A stretch of DNA of 64,000 nt from a virus. A program made the translations under genes and the position numbers. Below the pieces are notes generated by a model. It worked only from the letters and a program-made list of their open reading frames with translations. It was not told where the DNA came from and made no database searches. The stretch is taken from the IMG/VR virus record IMGVR_UViG_3300034520_000200, positions 1 through 64,000 of that record. The stretch is one strand, 5' to 3'. Below are positions 27,100 to 37,794 of the stretch, in pieces. Every line of letters begins with the position of its first letter. Within the stretch, counting starts at the first letter, position 1.

Positions 27100-28011
27100 T
27101 TGGGTAGAAGAAGAGATTGGGAATGGCCAGAAATTTGCTGCAATACATGCAAAAACTTATCATCGCAGGTTCCTTGGGATATGGATAGAGGTGAAGCAAT
27201 GAAATACCTCTATTATTTTTGTCCTGTAGTTAAAAGAAAAGTTGAAGTAGAAGAAATTGTTAATCCCAAAAAGATGCCGTGTAAAGGTAAAAATCATATA
27301 AAAATTCAAAGACAATGTAATGCTATTGTCAGATGGAGTGGAAGTCCTCATCTTAAGAAACTTCAAGAAAATGGAATATTTATGAGATGCAGAAGAGAAG
27401 CAGTACATGGAACTACTGTTTGTGCTGTTCATGGAGTAACACCTAAAAAAAGAGTCATGGAGGGAACTAGAATGGAAGTTTGGCAAAAAAGAAAGAATAA
27501 ATTAGAATACTTTGAAAATGAAATTAAAGAAAAAATTGAGGCTTTTAAAAACGATCCTGATTTAGAGAAACTTGAATTTGAATTAGGCTATTTAAAATCA
27601 CTTCTTCCGAGGATAGAAGAATCTAATGAGATAGATACAATTGATAAATTTAAACTCCTTCAAAGGACTTTGGATTCTATATTTAAAAATATGGAAGCAA
27701 GAGAAAGAATTATTGAACAAAGACGTTACAGTTTGGGAGTAGAAAAAGTTCAAATGCTTATGAAATATGTATTTGAAGCTGTTAAAAAGCACGTTTCTGA
27801 TGTTAATATTCTCAAAAAAATAGGTCGAGAAATACAAGGAATAGCTTTAAAAATGAAAAATATAGACGAAGAAGGAGAATTAATGGAAGATCCTAATGAT
27901 TTAGAAGAATACGCTGAAGAAGTCAAATTTTTGCCCAATAAAACAGCTCTAGAAATCGAAAAATCCTTTGAAAAAGCTAAAAAGAAGGTCAAAAAAGTTA
28001 AAAAATCATAA
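27100..28011 (+). CDS. putative terminase small subunit
   Basis: C...C...CAVHG (HGGxSTG-like) Zn motif plus helical C-terminal half; upstream of TerL. Confidence 0.55.
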   Translation: MGRRRDWEWPEICCNTCKNLSSQVPWDMDRGEAMKYLYYFCPVVKRKVEVEEIVNPKKMPCKGKNHIKIQRQCNAIVRWSGSPHLKKLQENGIFMRCRREAVHGTTVCAVHGVTPKKRVMEGTRMEVWQKRKNKLEYFENEIKEKIEAFKNDPDLEKLEFELGYLKSLLPRIEESNEIDTIDKFKLLQRTLDSIFKNMEARERIIEQRRYSLGVEKVQMLMKYVFEAVKKHVSDVNILKKIGREIQGIALKMKNIDEEGELMEDPNDLEEYAEEVKFLPNKTALEIEKSFEKAKKKVKKVKKS

Positions 28012-28035
28012 AAATGATCAAAAAGAGGGGTAAAA

Positions 28036-28662
28036 ATGCTGAAAAAAAGCGGATTTTTTGTAACTTTTGAAGGTCCAGATATGACTGGAAAATCGACCCA
28101 AATTCAGCTAGTAAGCGAAATTTTGACCCAAAAAGGGTACAAAATTACTCAAACTTTTGATCCTGGAGGGACTGAAATAGCCCAAAAAATCAGGGAAATT
28201 ATCAAAAATTATGCTGGAGATATGGTATTAATCACTGAATTATTGTTATTTTGTGCTGCTAGAGCAGAAATAGTTCACAAAGTTATCATTCCATCCTTAG
28301 AAAGAGGTGATATAGTACTTTGTGATAGATTTATTGACAGTACTTTAATATATCAGAGTTATGTTAGAGGTTGGAATGAAGGAATAATTAACAGTTTACA
28401 TTCTCTAGTATGTTCTACACCAAAAACTTACGGAAAAGTATTTGGAATTTATCCTGATTTGACATTTATTTTTACTGGCCGACAATTCAAACATAAAGAA
28501 AACAAAGATTTTTATGACAAAGATGTTGAATTTAATAAAAAAGTTATCGAAGGGTATAACAAATTGAGTAAATCAAGATATATTAAAATCAATTCTGATT
28601 TAGATAAAAATGAAATTGCAAAATTTATTGCTGAAACTATTATCAATAAAATTGAGGAGTAA
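28036..28662 (+). CDS. tmk: thymidylate kinase
   Basis: FVTFEGPDMTGKSTQ, PGGT, ELLLF.AARA, CDRFIDS..YQ. Confidence 0.92.
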   Translation: MLKKSGFFVTFEGPDMTGKSTQIQLVSEILTQKGYKITQTFDPGGTEIAQKIREIIKNYAGDMVLITELLLFCAARAEIVHKVIIPSLERGDIVLCDRFIDSTLIYQSYVRGWNEGIINSLHSLVCSTPKTYGKVFGIYPDLTFIFTGRQFKHKENKDFYDKDVEFNKKVIEGYNKLSKSRYIKINSDLDKNEIAKFIAETIINKIEE

Positions 28663-28668
28663 TCGGTT

Positions 28669-30573
28669 ATGCCTAAAAAAAAGATTCCTAAAACAAGAAG
28701 AATACTACCAGATTTAAGAATTGATACAAAAAAGTTTGTTGACGACCAACCAAAAATATTATCTTTAGATAATATTTTATTGGATTTGGGTGACTTATTT
28801 GTCGAAAATTCTTCTAGAAAAAAGAAAGGTAGAAAGAAAATTCCAAAATCAATCTGGGAGCATGATCCAGTAGATATAGAAACTTTTGTATGTAATCCTG
28901 ATTATTTAAACTTGGGCGATTTTGTTCGCCCTTGTGTTTTAGAAGACCTTAAAGAATTATTTGGAAGAGGTGATCATAGAAAAATAATCAGAAAATATAA
29001 AGAAGCTATATTTGATGAAGCTATTGGGACTGGGAAATCTTACAAGATGTCTATTATTGCAGTATATTTAACTTATTTATTACTCTGTTTAAGGAATCCA
29101 CAAGCAACTTTCGGACTTTCACCAAGGTCTAAAATTGCTATTATGAATATGTCTGTTTCAGCAGACCAAGCAAGAAGAGTTGTTTTTGGTGAAATTAAAA
29201 ATAAAATTGACTGTTGTAAATGGTTTCAAGATTATTATCCACCAAATCCAAGAGTAAAATCAGAACTTCAATTTGACGTTCCTCCAGATAATCCTAAAAA
29301 AGAAATTCCGGGAAAAATTTATAAGAATATTTACATTATCCCAGGTTCAAGTTCTGGTATGGCTCCATTGGGATATAACCTTTATGCAGTTATTATTGAT
29401 GAAGCTACGCTTTGGAGAGATACTCAAAATAAGGATTATGTTGAAGATGTTTATAATATAGTTACTCGTCGTATCACTTCGCGTTTTACAGATCCTGAAA
29501 CAGGAGAAAATATGGGATTTGTAGCTCTTGCAGGATCTCCGATGTATTATGATGATTTTCTAGAAAGAAGAATAAGAACTGTTGAAAAAGAAAGAGCAGA
29601 AAATCCTGAAAAAGAAGATAGAATATTAATCAGACGTAGAAGTCAGTGGAGTGCTAAAATGCCAGATTGGAAGGGACCTGTATTTTGGTTCCATATTGGC
29701 GATTCTAAAGTTTTTGAAACTGTAGAAAAACTTAATATATATAAGAAAAAAATTATTGATAAAGCTATTAAAAAAGGAGAAACTAATGTTAAAGCTGTAA
29801 GTGATCTTTTTGATAAGAATATTGTTGAAATACCTATGCCTTATTATGATGATTTTAAGAAGAATCCAGAAGGTTCGAAGCGCGATCTCGGAGGCTGGCC
29901 AAGTGATAGTATTACACCTTTCTTTGAAAATCCTGAAATTATTGAAGAAAGATGTAACTATTCAAGAGTTAGTCCTTACGATGAAATTACAAGAGAATTT
30001 AAATCTTGGTTTGGACCGATTTCACATACTTGGCATGCTGTTCATATCGACTTAGCATTAACTGGAAATGCTTGTGGAATTGCATTAGGACACAATGAAG
30101 GCTTTAATGAAAATGGAAGTCCAATTCATTTTATAGATTGTATTGTAAGATTGCAAGGTTCTCCAGAAGAGCCAGTTCAGATAGAATATGTAAGACAATT
30201 GATTTATGAATGGACTAAGATGGGATTTATGATAGGTCTAGTTACTATGGATGGATTTCAAAGTGCAGACACAATGCAGTTACTTGCTAAGAAAGGTTAT
30301 ATAGCTGAATATCTTTCAGTTGATAAAGATACAAGAGCTTATAATGAATTAAAAACTGCTATTTATGAAGACAGAGTGGATTATTATTATCATGATGTAT
30401 TAATCGATGAATTAAAGAAAGTTGAAAGAGTGAGAAATAAAATAGACCATCCTAAAAATGGATCTAAAGACTGTGCTGATGCTGTTGCTGGAGTTGTTTT
30501 TGATTTAGTAAGAATATCACAATGGGAGGCTCCTGATGATGATTTTGAAGAAAATCAAGTTATTACTGCATAA
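28669..30573 (+). CDS. terminase large subunit
   Basis: GTGKS Walker A, VIIDE Walker B, HIDLA and DHPKNGSKDCADA nuclease motifs. Confidence 0.9.
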   Translation: MPKKKIPKTRRILPDLRIDTKKFVDDQPKILSLDNILLDLGDLFVENSSRKKKGRKKIPKSIWEHDPVDIETFVCNPDYLNLGDFVRPCVLEDLKELFGRGDHRKIIRKYKEAIFDEAIGTGKSYKMSIIAVYLTYLLLCLRNPQATFGLSPRSKIAIMNMSVSADQARRVVFGEIKNKIDCCKWFQDYYPPNPRVKSELQFDVPPDNPKKEIPGKIYKNIYIIPGSSSGMAPLGYNLYAVIIDEATLWRDTQNKDYVEDVYNIVTRRITSRFTDPETGENMGFVALAGSPMYYDDFLERRIRTVEKERAENPEKEDRILIRRRSQWSAKMPDWKGPVFWFHIGDSKVFETVEKLNIYKKKIIDKAIKKGETNVKAVSDLFDKNIVEIPMPYYDDFKKNPEGSKRDLGGWPSDSITPFFENPEIIEERCNYSRVSPYDEITREFKSWFGPISHTWHAVHIDLALTGNACGIALGHNEGFNENGSPIHFIDCIVRLQGSPEEPVQIEYVRQLIYEWTKMGFMIGLVTMDGFQSADTMQLLAKKGYIAEYLSVDKDTRAYNELKTAIYEDRVDYYYHDVLIDELKKVERVRNKIDHPKNGSKDCADAVAGVVFDLVRISQWEAPDDDFEENQVITA

Positions 30574-30611
30574 TACTACAATGACATATTATATAATATA
30601 AATTAAAATGA

Positions 30612-32303
30612 TTGGAGGTGAAAAATTTGGCTCAAAAAGTAAAAAAAATTAAAAAGGTTACAAATCCATCTGATGAAAGTTTATTAGATACTTTAATATT
30701 TTCTATTGATAGAGAAATAGCAGATACAAAACAAATTGAAGATGATTTTGTAGGAATGTATGAACTTGAAAATGGTGTAGTAGAACCGCCTTATAATCCT
30801 ATTCTTTGGGCATCATTGATGGAGAAAAATACAAGATTAAGTAAATTAATAAGAACTTATGCTCAAAATACAGTTGGAAGAGGTTATAAAATTAGTCCAA
30901 TTGTACCATTTACTAAAGATACTACTGAGGAAGAAAAGAGAGAAATAAATAGACAAATTGAAATTGTAAATTCAGTATTTAAAAAACCTAATAAAAGAAT
31001 GCCATTTAGTACAATAATGAAATTATGCAAGATTGATGAAGAGGCTACAGGAAATGGTTATTTAGAAGTCGCAAGAAATGAAGCAAATAAAATCAAAGGT
31101 TTATATCATGTACCAAGTCATACAGTTAGAGTTAGAAAAGGTGGTTTAGGATTTGTACAAATTAGAAACGGTAAAAAAGTTTATTTTAAACCTATAGGAG
31201 CAGATTTTGATATTGATATTGAAACTGGAGACAAATATCCTTTAAATTCACTTCCTTATAAAAGACGTGCTAACGAAATGATTCAATTTTTAATTTATTC
31301 ACCAAGAAGTTCATATTATGGAGTTCCAAGATATACTGGTACTGCGATAGCAATTGCTGGAAATCAATTAGCTGGAAGAAGGAATTTAGCATTCTTTAAA
31401 AATGATGCAACTCCAAGATTAGTTATTTCAGTATCAAATGGTCAATTAACTCCTGATTCTGTAGCAGAAATAAAGAGTTTTGTAGAAAGTTTAGGAAAAG
31501 GTGCAGAAAATGCACATCGAGTTATGGTAATTCAAGCAAAATCAAAGATGCTTGGACCTGATGCTCAAGCTAATACAAAAATTGAAGTTACTCCTTTAAC
31601 TGTAGGAATAACTGATGATGGTTCTTTTCTTAAATATAGACAAGCTAATGATGAAGAGTTAAGAGAATCTTTTGGTATTGATAGTATATTCTTGGGCAGC
31701 GGATTGACTGCTAATAGAGCTACTGCACAAATAGCTAGAAATATTACTAATGAACAAGAATTTCTACCAGATATTGAAGAAAAAGAATATATGATAAATT
31801 CTTATATTGTTGAAGCAATATTAGCTGATGAAGGTATTAAACCTGAAGATATTAAAATCAAATTTGAATTTATAAGACCAAAATCTACAGATGACGTTCA
31901 GGATGCGGAAATATTTGTAAGATACTTACAAGGTGGAGGAATAACACCGAACGATATAAGACACAAACTTGGACTTCCAGAATTTAAAGAAAAATGGGCT
32001 GATAAACCGATACAAATTGCTTTAATTGAATATCAAATGGGTCTTTATGGAGTTGGTCAAAACACTGAAAGTGCTGGTGAAGACCCGCAAAATCAAGCTA
32101 GAAATGAAGATACTACAAATGAGGGATCAAAATTACCAGAAATAGATGATAATAGTACAAAAGATGAAAAAAGTAAATTAATTAAAATGATTACTAAAGA
32201 AGTTATGAAGCAAATAAATGTACAAAATTTTATAAATAAAATATATTCAACGACAAATATAGATGCTTTTAACACAGTTTTAGAAAAGGAGAATATATCA
32301 TAA
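30612..32303 (+). CDS. portal protein
   Basis: TGNGYLEV.RN, YYGVP, FFKNDATP, ITPNDIR..LGL; follows TerL. Confidence 0.9.
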   Translation: MEVKNLAQKVKKIKKVTNPSDESLLDTLIFSIDREIADTKQIEDDFVGMYELENGVVEPPYNPILWASLMEKNTRLSKLIRTYAQNTVGRGYKISPIVPFTKDTTEEEKREINRQIEIVNSVFKKPNKRMPFSTIMKLCKIDEEATGNGYLEVARNEANKIKGLYHVPSHTVRVRKGGLGFVQIRNGKKVYFKPIGADFDIDIETGDKYPLNSLPYKRRANEMIQFLIYSPRSSYYGVPRYTGTAIAIAGNQLAGRRNLAFFKNDATPRLVISVSNGQLTPDSVAEIKSFVESLGKGAENAHRVMVIQAKSKMLGPDAQANTKIEVTPLTVGITDDGSFLKYRQANDEELRESFGIDSIFLGSGLTANRATAQIARNITNEQEFLPDIEEKEYMINSYIVEAILADEGIKPEDIKIKFEFIRPKSTDDVQDAEIFVRYLQGGGITPNDIRHKLGLPEFKEKWADKPIQIALIEYQMGLYGVGQNTESAGEDPQNQARNEDTTNEGSKLPEIDDNSTKDEKSKLIKMITKEVMKQINVQNFINKIYSTTNIDAFNTVLEKENIS

Positions 32304-32323
32304 TTAAAAAGGAGGGATATTAA

Positions 32324-32587
32324 ATGTTACCTAATTTAATTCCGATTACACAAGATATTTCTACTACTGCAACATCTATTGAAGTTGATTATCACAATTG
32401 TTATGTAAGAAATATTGGTGATTCAGACCTTTATTTTTTAGTTGACAATCCGCAACCTGTTACAAGTACGAATGGAATTTATCTAAAATCAAAGACAGAT
32501 TTTCCTTTGCTGCTTTCAATTGGAACTTTACAAGCTATAGCTGCAACTGGTACTACAAAAATACAAATTATTAAACATAGTTTATGA
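32324..32587 (+). CDS. small beta-sandwich virion protein (putative)
   Basis: V.N.G..DLY...GI.L pattern; head module. Confidence 0.6.
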   Translation: MLPNLIPITQDISTTATSIEVDYHNCYVRNIGDSDLYFLVDNPQPVTSTNGIYLKSKTDFPLLLSIGTLQAIAATGTTKIQIIKHSL

Positions 32588-32650
32588 TAATCAAATGCAA
32601 AACTTTCCTAATAAATTGAGAAGTAATTTAGAATACAAGAAGGTGTTTTT

Positions 32651-34252
32651 ATGCCTTTCGGATTTAACTGTGAATATTCAGATTTTGAAGAATGTGTAAG
32701 AGCTAACAGTGACAAAGATGATCCTGAAGCATATTGTGGATGGTTAAAAAATGAGACTGAAGATAAATGTAATGAAAAATGCAAATTGCGGACAACTAAT
32801 AAGGAGGTTAAAGAGATGCCACAAGCAACTACTGAGATAATAAAAAGATTTGAATTTCCATTACAAGTTATGAAAGCTTACAAAAAAGAAAAAGATGGAA
32901 CTACAAAATATTATGTTGAAGCCATTGCATCAGATACTGGAATAGATTATTACATGGAGCGTATGTCTGAAAATGCAATAAAAAAGATGGTTGAACAAGT
33001 AAAAAAAGGAGTTATTATTTTACCAACACATTGGGATACATTTGAAATTGGAAAAACTGTTGATGGAGAAGCAATTGAAGGAAATCCGTTTATAGAAAAT
33101 AGTAAAGATGCTGCAGCTGATACAGGAACTGATAAGTTAATTGCTTTAAAAGTTACTATTGAATTAGATGATAAATATCCAGAAGCTATGTCATTATATG
33201 ATGAAGTTGAAAAAGGAAGTCCTACAAAACAATTAAGTGTTGGAGGTTGGTTAAATCCAGATAACGAGGATGCTGCATATTGGGAAAAAGTCGAAGCAAC
33301 TATTACACTTCCTAATGGAAGTCAAACAACTGAAACTTATTGGATTTTTGTTTTAGACGATCTTATTCTTGACCATATTGCTATAACAAGGGCTGGTCAT
33401 GCTGCTAATGAAAGGACTGGATTTTTATCTGCTATTTCTAAATCATTACAATGTGATTTAAACAATAAATTTGAAGTTATAAGAACTAATTTTGATAGTA
33501 TTAAAAATTTCAATAAATATAAAACTAAAGCTAAAATGTTTGTTGAAAAACCCATCGAAAAAAGTAAAAATGGAGGTGAAAAAAATAAAATTGAATTTGG
33601 TACTATAACTGAATTTAGTACTACAACTGTTGAGTTACTTAAAAAAGATCTTGTAGATGCATTAAGGTCAGCACTTATTTCAAAGTCTCAAGATAAGGAG
33701 GGTAATATAATGCCTAATGAGGAGGTAAAAAAGACAAATACAGAAGAAACTAAAACTGATTCTGCTTCTGTAGAAAAAGCTACACAAGAAGTTAGCACAG
33801 TTGCTGTTGATGATGAAGTAAAAGATACATCTAAAGAAAAATCTAAAGCAGATGAAACAACAAAACCAAATGAAGAAGTATCTAAATCGAAAGAAGAAAT
33901 AAAAACAGATAAAACTGAAGAAGTTTCAAAATCAACAGATAAAAAAGAAGATGTTGTTGCAAAACAAGAACTTGATATTCAATCTTTAATTGAAAAATCA
34001 ATACAAAATGTAGTTAATAATACTATAAAATCTATTATTGAAGAAACTTTAAAAACTCAAATTACTCCTTTAGCTGAAAAAGTTAAATCAATCGAAAATA
34101 ATATAGCTGGAAGTAAATCAATTGAAGGACAAGATGAATTAGTAAAATCTACTAATGAATCTTCAAATATTTGGGCAGGATCTATATTTAATAAGAGTAT
34201 TGTTGATATTGTTTTAGCAAAAAAAGCTGAAATGCAAAGTAAACAAGAATAA
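32651..34252 (+). CDS. prohead protease / scaffold fusion
   Basis: ASD..ID...ERMS, H, QLSVGG protease motifs; charged low-complexity C-terminus; internal RBS-ATG at 32816 and 33710. Confidence 0.8.
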   Translation: MPFGFNCEYSDFEECVRANSDKDDPEAYCGWLKNETEDKCNEKCKLRTTNKEVKEMPQATTEIIKRFEFPLQVMKAYKKEKDGTTKYYVEAIASDTGIDYYMERMSENAIKKMVEQVKKGVIILPTHWDTFEIGKTVDGEAIEGNPFIENSKDAAADTGTDKLIALKVTIELDDKYPEAMSLYDEVEKGSPTKQLSVGGWLNPDNEDAAYWEKVEATITLPNGSQTTETYWIFVLDDLILDHIAITRAGHAANERTGFLSAISKSLQCDLNNKFEVIRTNFDSIKNFNKYKTKAKMFVEKPIEKSKNGGEKNKIEFGTITEFSTTTVELLKKDLVDALRSALISKSQDKEGNIMPNEEVKKTNTEETKTDSASVEKATQEVSTVAVDDEVKDTSKEKSKADETTKPNEEVSKSKEEIKTDKTEEVSKSTDKKEDVVAKQELDIQSLIEKSIQNVVNNTIKSIIEETLKTQITPLAEKVKSIENNIAGSKSIEGQDELVKSTNESSNIWAGSIFNKSIVDIVLAKKAEMQSKQE

Positions 34253-34285
34253 ATATAATTAATAATTAATAAGGAGGAATTAAAT

Positions 34286-35587
34286 ATGCCTACTAATACT
34301 CAAGAAATGATAATAAAAACAATTGAGTCGTCATCTTTATTAACTGGTGGTCAACTTAATCCAACTCAACAGAGAGAATTCTTCAGACTTATTAGAACTT
34401 TACCTGGTATGTTCAGTATCGCAAGATTCGAAACTGTCGATCAAAAGAAACATCACATTGACAGATTACACATTGGTGAACCCATAACTCATGCAGTGGA
34501 AGAAAACTCTAATGAAGCTCATCTAGCTACTGCAAAAACAAGCCAGATTGAAATTTACACAAAGAAACTGAAATCTAGCTGGAATATTACTACAGAAACT
34601 TTAACTGAAAACATTGAAAAAGGTAACTTCGAACAGACTATAATGGAAGGTATGACTCAGAGAATCGGTACTGACTTAGAGTTATTAGCTATTCAAGGAA
34701 ATACTGTAAAATATGCTGCTGATAATACTCCATTAGGTTTACTTTTGAGAAGAGATGATGGATGGGATGTTTTGACTGAAGGTGCCCATATCGTTGATTG
34801 TGGTGGCGCTACAATCCAGAGAAGTATATTTGCAGAAATGATTAGAAGAATGCCTCAACAGTATCTTGCTGATCCTGGATTGCGTTGGATTGTTTCTAGA
34901 ACAACTTATGTTGATTGGTTAGATCTTATTGCTGATCGTGGAACTGCACAAGGTGATAGAGCATTAGAAGGAAATGCTCCGGCTCCTTATGGTATTCCTA
35001 TGGAACCTATACCTTTAATTCCGTCTGACAAAGAACTTAATGTTCCAACCGCAACTCCTGCAATTGTAGTTGGAACTCGTGCTGATGGATTCAGGATATT
35101 GACTGGTGTAAATGATAAATTATCTATTGCTGTAAATGGTGGTTCTGCAGTAACTATAACATTACCACAAGGTACTTGGTTTGCTTCTCAAGTTGCTAAC
35201 TTCATTAATACTGCTGATGCTTCTCTTACTGGACTTGCTTCTGATGATGGTTTTGGAAGACTTATTCTTAAAACTTCTACAACTGGATCGACTGCATCAA
35301 TTACAATTGGAGCTATTGCAAATAATGCTTATGCTGAATTGGGTCTTAGTGAAGGAACAATTACTGGTAAAGATTCTGGAACTGGTACTGTAAATGAAGG
35401 AACTTTTATTTGGCTTGCTAATCCGAAGAATTTCATTTATGTTTTCTTGAATGGTACTAGAGTTTATTCTGAATTTAATAAAGATTATGATCGCCTTGAA
35501 ACTGTTGTTTATAATGAAATGGATGTTCAGGTAGAAAATCTTGATGCCATCGTCAAAGCTGTTAATATTCGCCGCAGAGAGATATAA
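34286..35587 (+). CDS. major capsid protein (HK97 fold) with inserted domain
   Basis: GGQLNPTQ..EF, ENIE, DLE.L...G, MP.QY, NPKN; position after protease. Confidence 0.88.
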   Translation: MPTNTQEMIIKTIESSSLLTGGQLNPTQQREFFRLIRTLPGMFSIARFETVDQKKHHIDRLHIGEPITHAVEENSNEAHLATAKTSQIEIYTKKLKSSWNITTETLTENIEKGNFEQTIMEGMTQRIGTDLELLAIQGNTVKYAADNTPLGLLLRRDDGWDVLTEGAHIVDCGGATIQRSIFAEMIRRMPQQYLADPGLRWIVSRTTYVDWLDLIADRGTAQGDRALEGNAPAPYGIPMEPIPLIPSDKELNVPTATPAIVVGTRADGFRILTGVNDKLSIAVNGGSAVTITLPQGTWFASQVANFINTADASLTGLASDDGFGRLILKTSTTGSTASITIGAIANNAYAELGLSEGTITGKDSGTGTVNEGTFIWLANPKNFIYVFLNGTRVYSEFNKDYDRLETVVYNEMDVQVENLDAIVKAVNIRRREI

Positions 35588-35601
35588 TGGAGGTGGCATA
35601 A

Positions 35602-35829
35602 TTGGCAAACGAAGTATATATTCCTAAAAATTTCGGTGAAGGCGGATCACATGTTTTAACTTCTAAAAATAAAGAACTACTTGAAGCCATTGCAGACGAT
35701 ATTAATTCTTTGAAAGTTGCTGTTGATAATTTAATAACTAAATTTAATGCTCATTTAGCAGCAACTCATCCTGATTCAACAAATACTATATCACCAACAA
35801 CTGTTACAACTAAAATAAGAAAATCTTAA
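35602..35829 (+). CDS. small head-associated protein
   Basis: GGAGGTG RBS; coiled coil. Confidence 0.6.
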   Translation: MANEVYIPKNFGEGGSHVLTSKNKELLEAIADDINSLKVAVDNLITKFNAHLAATHPDSTNTISPTTVTTKIRKS

Positions 35830-35852
35830 TATTAATAGGGAGGTTATTATAA

Positions 35853-36452
35853 GTGAACGTGGGCACTTTTTTTAGCCTCCGAAATGCTATAAGTCTTTCA
35901 ACGAGAGGACGCTCTGGTATTTTATATTATTTTTCAAAAGGTAAACCAGTTGCTGTTGTTCGCGAAGAAGACATTGAGTTATTTCGGAGTAAAAGTGAAT
36001 TGTTTGAATGTGATATATTTGGAAATCCTATACAGACGACTGCAGCATCTAACAAACCTATATCATTTGTAAAAATAAATCCTAGAGATAATTTTGTTCC
36101 AAATTCAATTCCTAAACTATTTAATGATGATAAACCTGAAGAAACAATAAAAGATGCACTAAATCCGAAATTATATGATTATGATAATGATCCAGATGTT
36201 AAGAAAAGACTTGAGCAGATAAAAAATGGTGAATTAACAGAAGCTCAAAAATTAGCTATGGGAATTGAAGTTGATGATGAAGAAGATGGAATTAAAAAGA
36301 AAAATGAAGTAAAAACTAAACCAATTAAAAAGAGTAAAATACCTGTATCAACTAAAAATGGAAAATTTAAATGTGAAAAATGTGGTAAAAAATTTGCAAA
36401 AGAAGAAGAACTTAATGATCATATGGAAATTCATGATTTAGAAGACGATTGA
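35853..36452 (+). CDS. hypothetical protein with C-terminal C2H2 zinc finger
   Basis: FKCEKCGKKF....L..HM..H. Confidence 0.7.
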   Translation: MNVGTFFSLRNAISLSTRGRSGILYYFSKGKPVAVVREEDIELFRSKSELFECDIFGNPIQTTAASNKPISFVKINPRDNFVPNSIPKLFNDDKPEETIKDALNPKLYDYDNDPDVKKRLEQIKNGELTEAQKLAMGIEVDDEEDGIKKKNEVKTKPIKKSKIPVSTKNGKFKCEKCGKKFAKEEELNDHMEIHDLEDD

Positions 36453-36519
36453 ATAACACTCGTTATGGGGGTGGGGACAGTCTCAGTCCCCACCTTTTGA
36501 GTATAGATAGGGTGGTGAT

Positions 36520-37362
36520 TTGATGCGATACACTACTGTTCAAACACTTTTAGCTAATGGATTTAAACGAACTACTGATAGCAAAAAAATAATTGAAATA
36601 ATTCAGAATTATTCAAATTTTATAAATTCAATTACTGGTCAATATTTTTATCCAAAACAAAAAATTATAAGTAATATTGTTTTAGATGAATGGAGTAGAA
36701 TTATTGTAGCTCCTGATAAAATTCCAATTGTAAAAATTAATAATATAATATATAAGATCGATAATAGTGATATACAATATATATTGTCTCCTAATGAATA
36801 TATTCAATATGAAAGATATATCGAATTAGAACATTTATTTCAAATACATGATATAGAAACTGAAATTTTAATAGCTTTAGGCAGCAGCTATCCAAGATTT
36901 AGATTTACTTTAGATGGAATATTTGGTTGGATTAACAAAAAAGATATTCCGTTTGAAACTATAATTATAGAAGATTTTGATAGTAGTAAATCTTCATTAA
37001 AATTAGAATCAGTAGACGATATAAGTCCTAAAGATTTTCTAACAATAGATAAATATACTTTTTTGGTCGATACAGTAGATTATATAAACAAGGTTGTGAC
37101 TTTCGACCCTGTAATAGTTTCTAAAACTGTCCCTAGTGGTACAAAAGCTGTATCCTATGGTAGTATTATACCTGATATCGAATACTGTGCTATACAGCTT
37201 TGTAAAGCTTCTGCAAAACTTGAAAATAATTATGGCGGAAGAATTTTATATGAAAAGACTGATAGATATGCTGTAAAAACAACACTTTCAATATCTGGAA
37301 TTAGTAATGTAGACATGATATTATCTAATTATCAACCACCTTTATATGTTGGATTTGTATAA
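36520..37362 (+). CDS. head-tail adaptor (putative)
   Basis: YTTV..L, I...TG.YF, P.DI; neck module position. Confidence 0.6.
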   Translation: MMRYTTVQTLLANGFKRTTDSKKIIEIIQNYSNFINSITGQYFYPKQKIISNIVLDEWSRIIVAPDKIPIVKINNIIYKIDNSDIQYILSPNEYIQYERYIELEHLFQIHDIETEILIALGSSYPRFRFTLDGIFGWINKKDIPFETIIIEDFDSSKSSLKLESVDDISPKDFLTIDKYTFLVDTVDYINKVVTFDPVIVSKTVPSGTKAVSYGSIIPDIEYCAIQLCKASAKLENNYGGRILYEKTDRYAVKTTLSISGISNVDMILSNYQPPLYVGFV

Positions 37363-37368
37363 TAGGAG

Positions 37369-37794
37369 GTGAATATTATGCCTCTTAATATGAATTCAGT
37401 TCCAGTCGAAATAAAACAATATGATAATGAAAATACTGTAACTTCTAAATATTTTAAAGAACCCGTTCAAGCAGGAACAAAAGTATATAAAAATACAATA
37501 CAAATTGAAGCACAAGTTAATACAGCAGCTATAAACAGAAGATTATATTTAGGAATTGGTGACGACCAAGGTATTGCAGGATATTTAGTTGCATTGAAAG
37601 ATGAACTAGATGATTTAAATGTACAATTAAAACCTGGAGACATAATTACAAAAATCGGAAATACAGATGTAGATTATAGAATTGTATCAGTTAATGAAGA
37701 TTCAAAAATGTTAAGTCTTTATGATTTTGCTACACCATTATTCGTATTAATAGCTTTTGTTAACAACAAACCAAAAGTCGGTGGTGTATTATAA
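37369..37794 (+). CDS. head closure/stopper protein (putative)
   Basis: LKPGD.I....YRIV.V; position. Confidence 0.55.
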   Translation: MNIMPLNMNSVPVEIKQYDNENTVTSKYFKEPVQAGTKVYKNTIQIEAQVNTAAINRRLYLGIGDDQGIAGYLVALKDELDDLNVQLKPGDIITKIGNTDVDYRIVSVNEDSKMLSLYDFATPLFVLIAFVNNKPKVGGVL

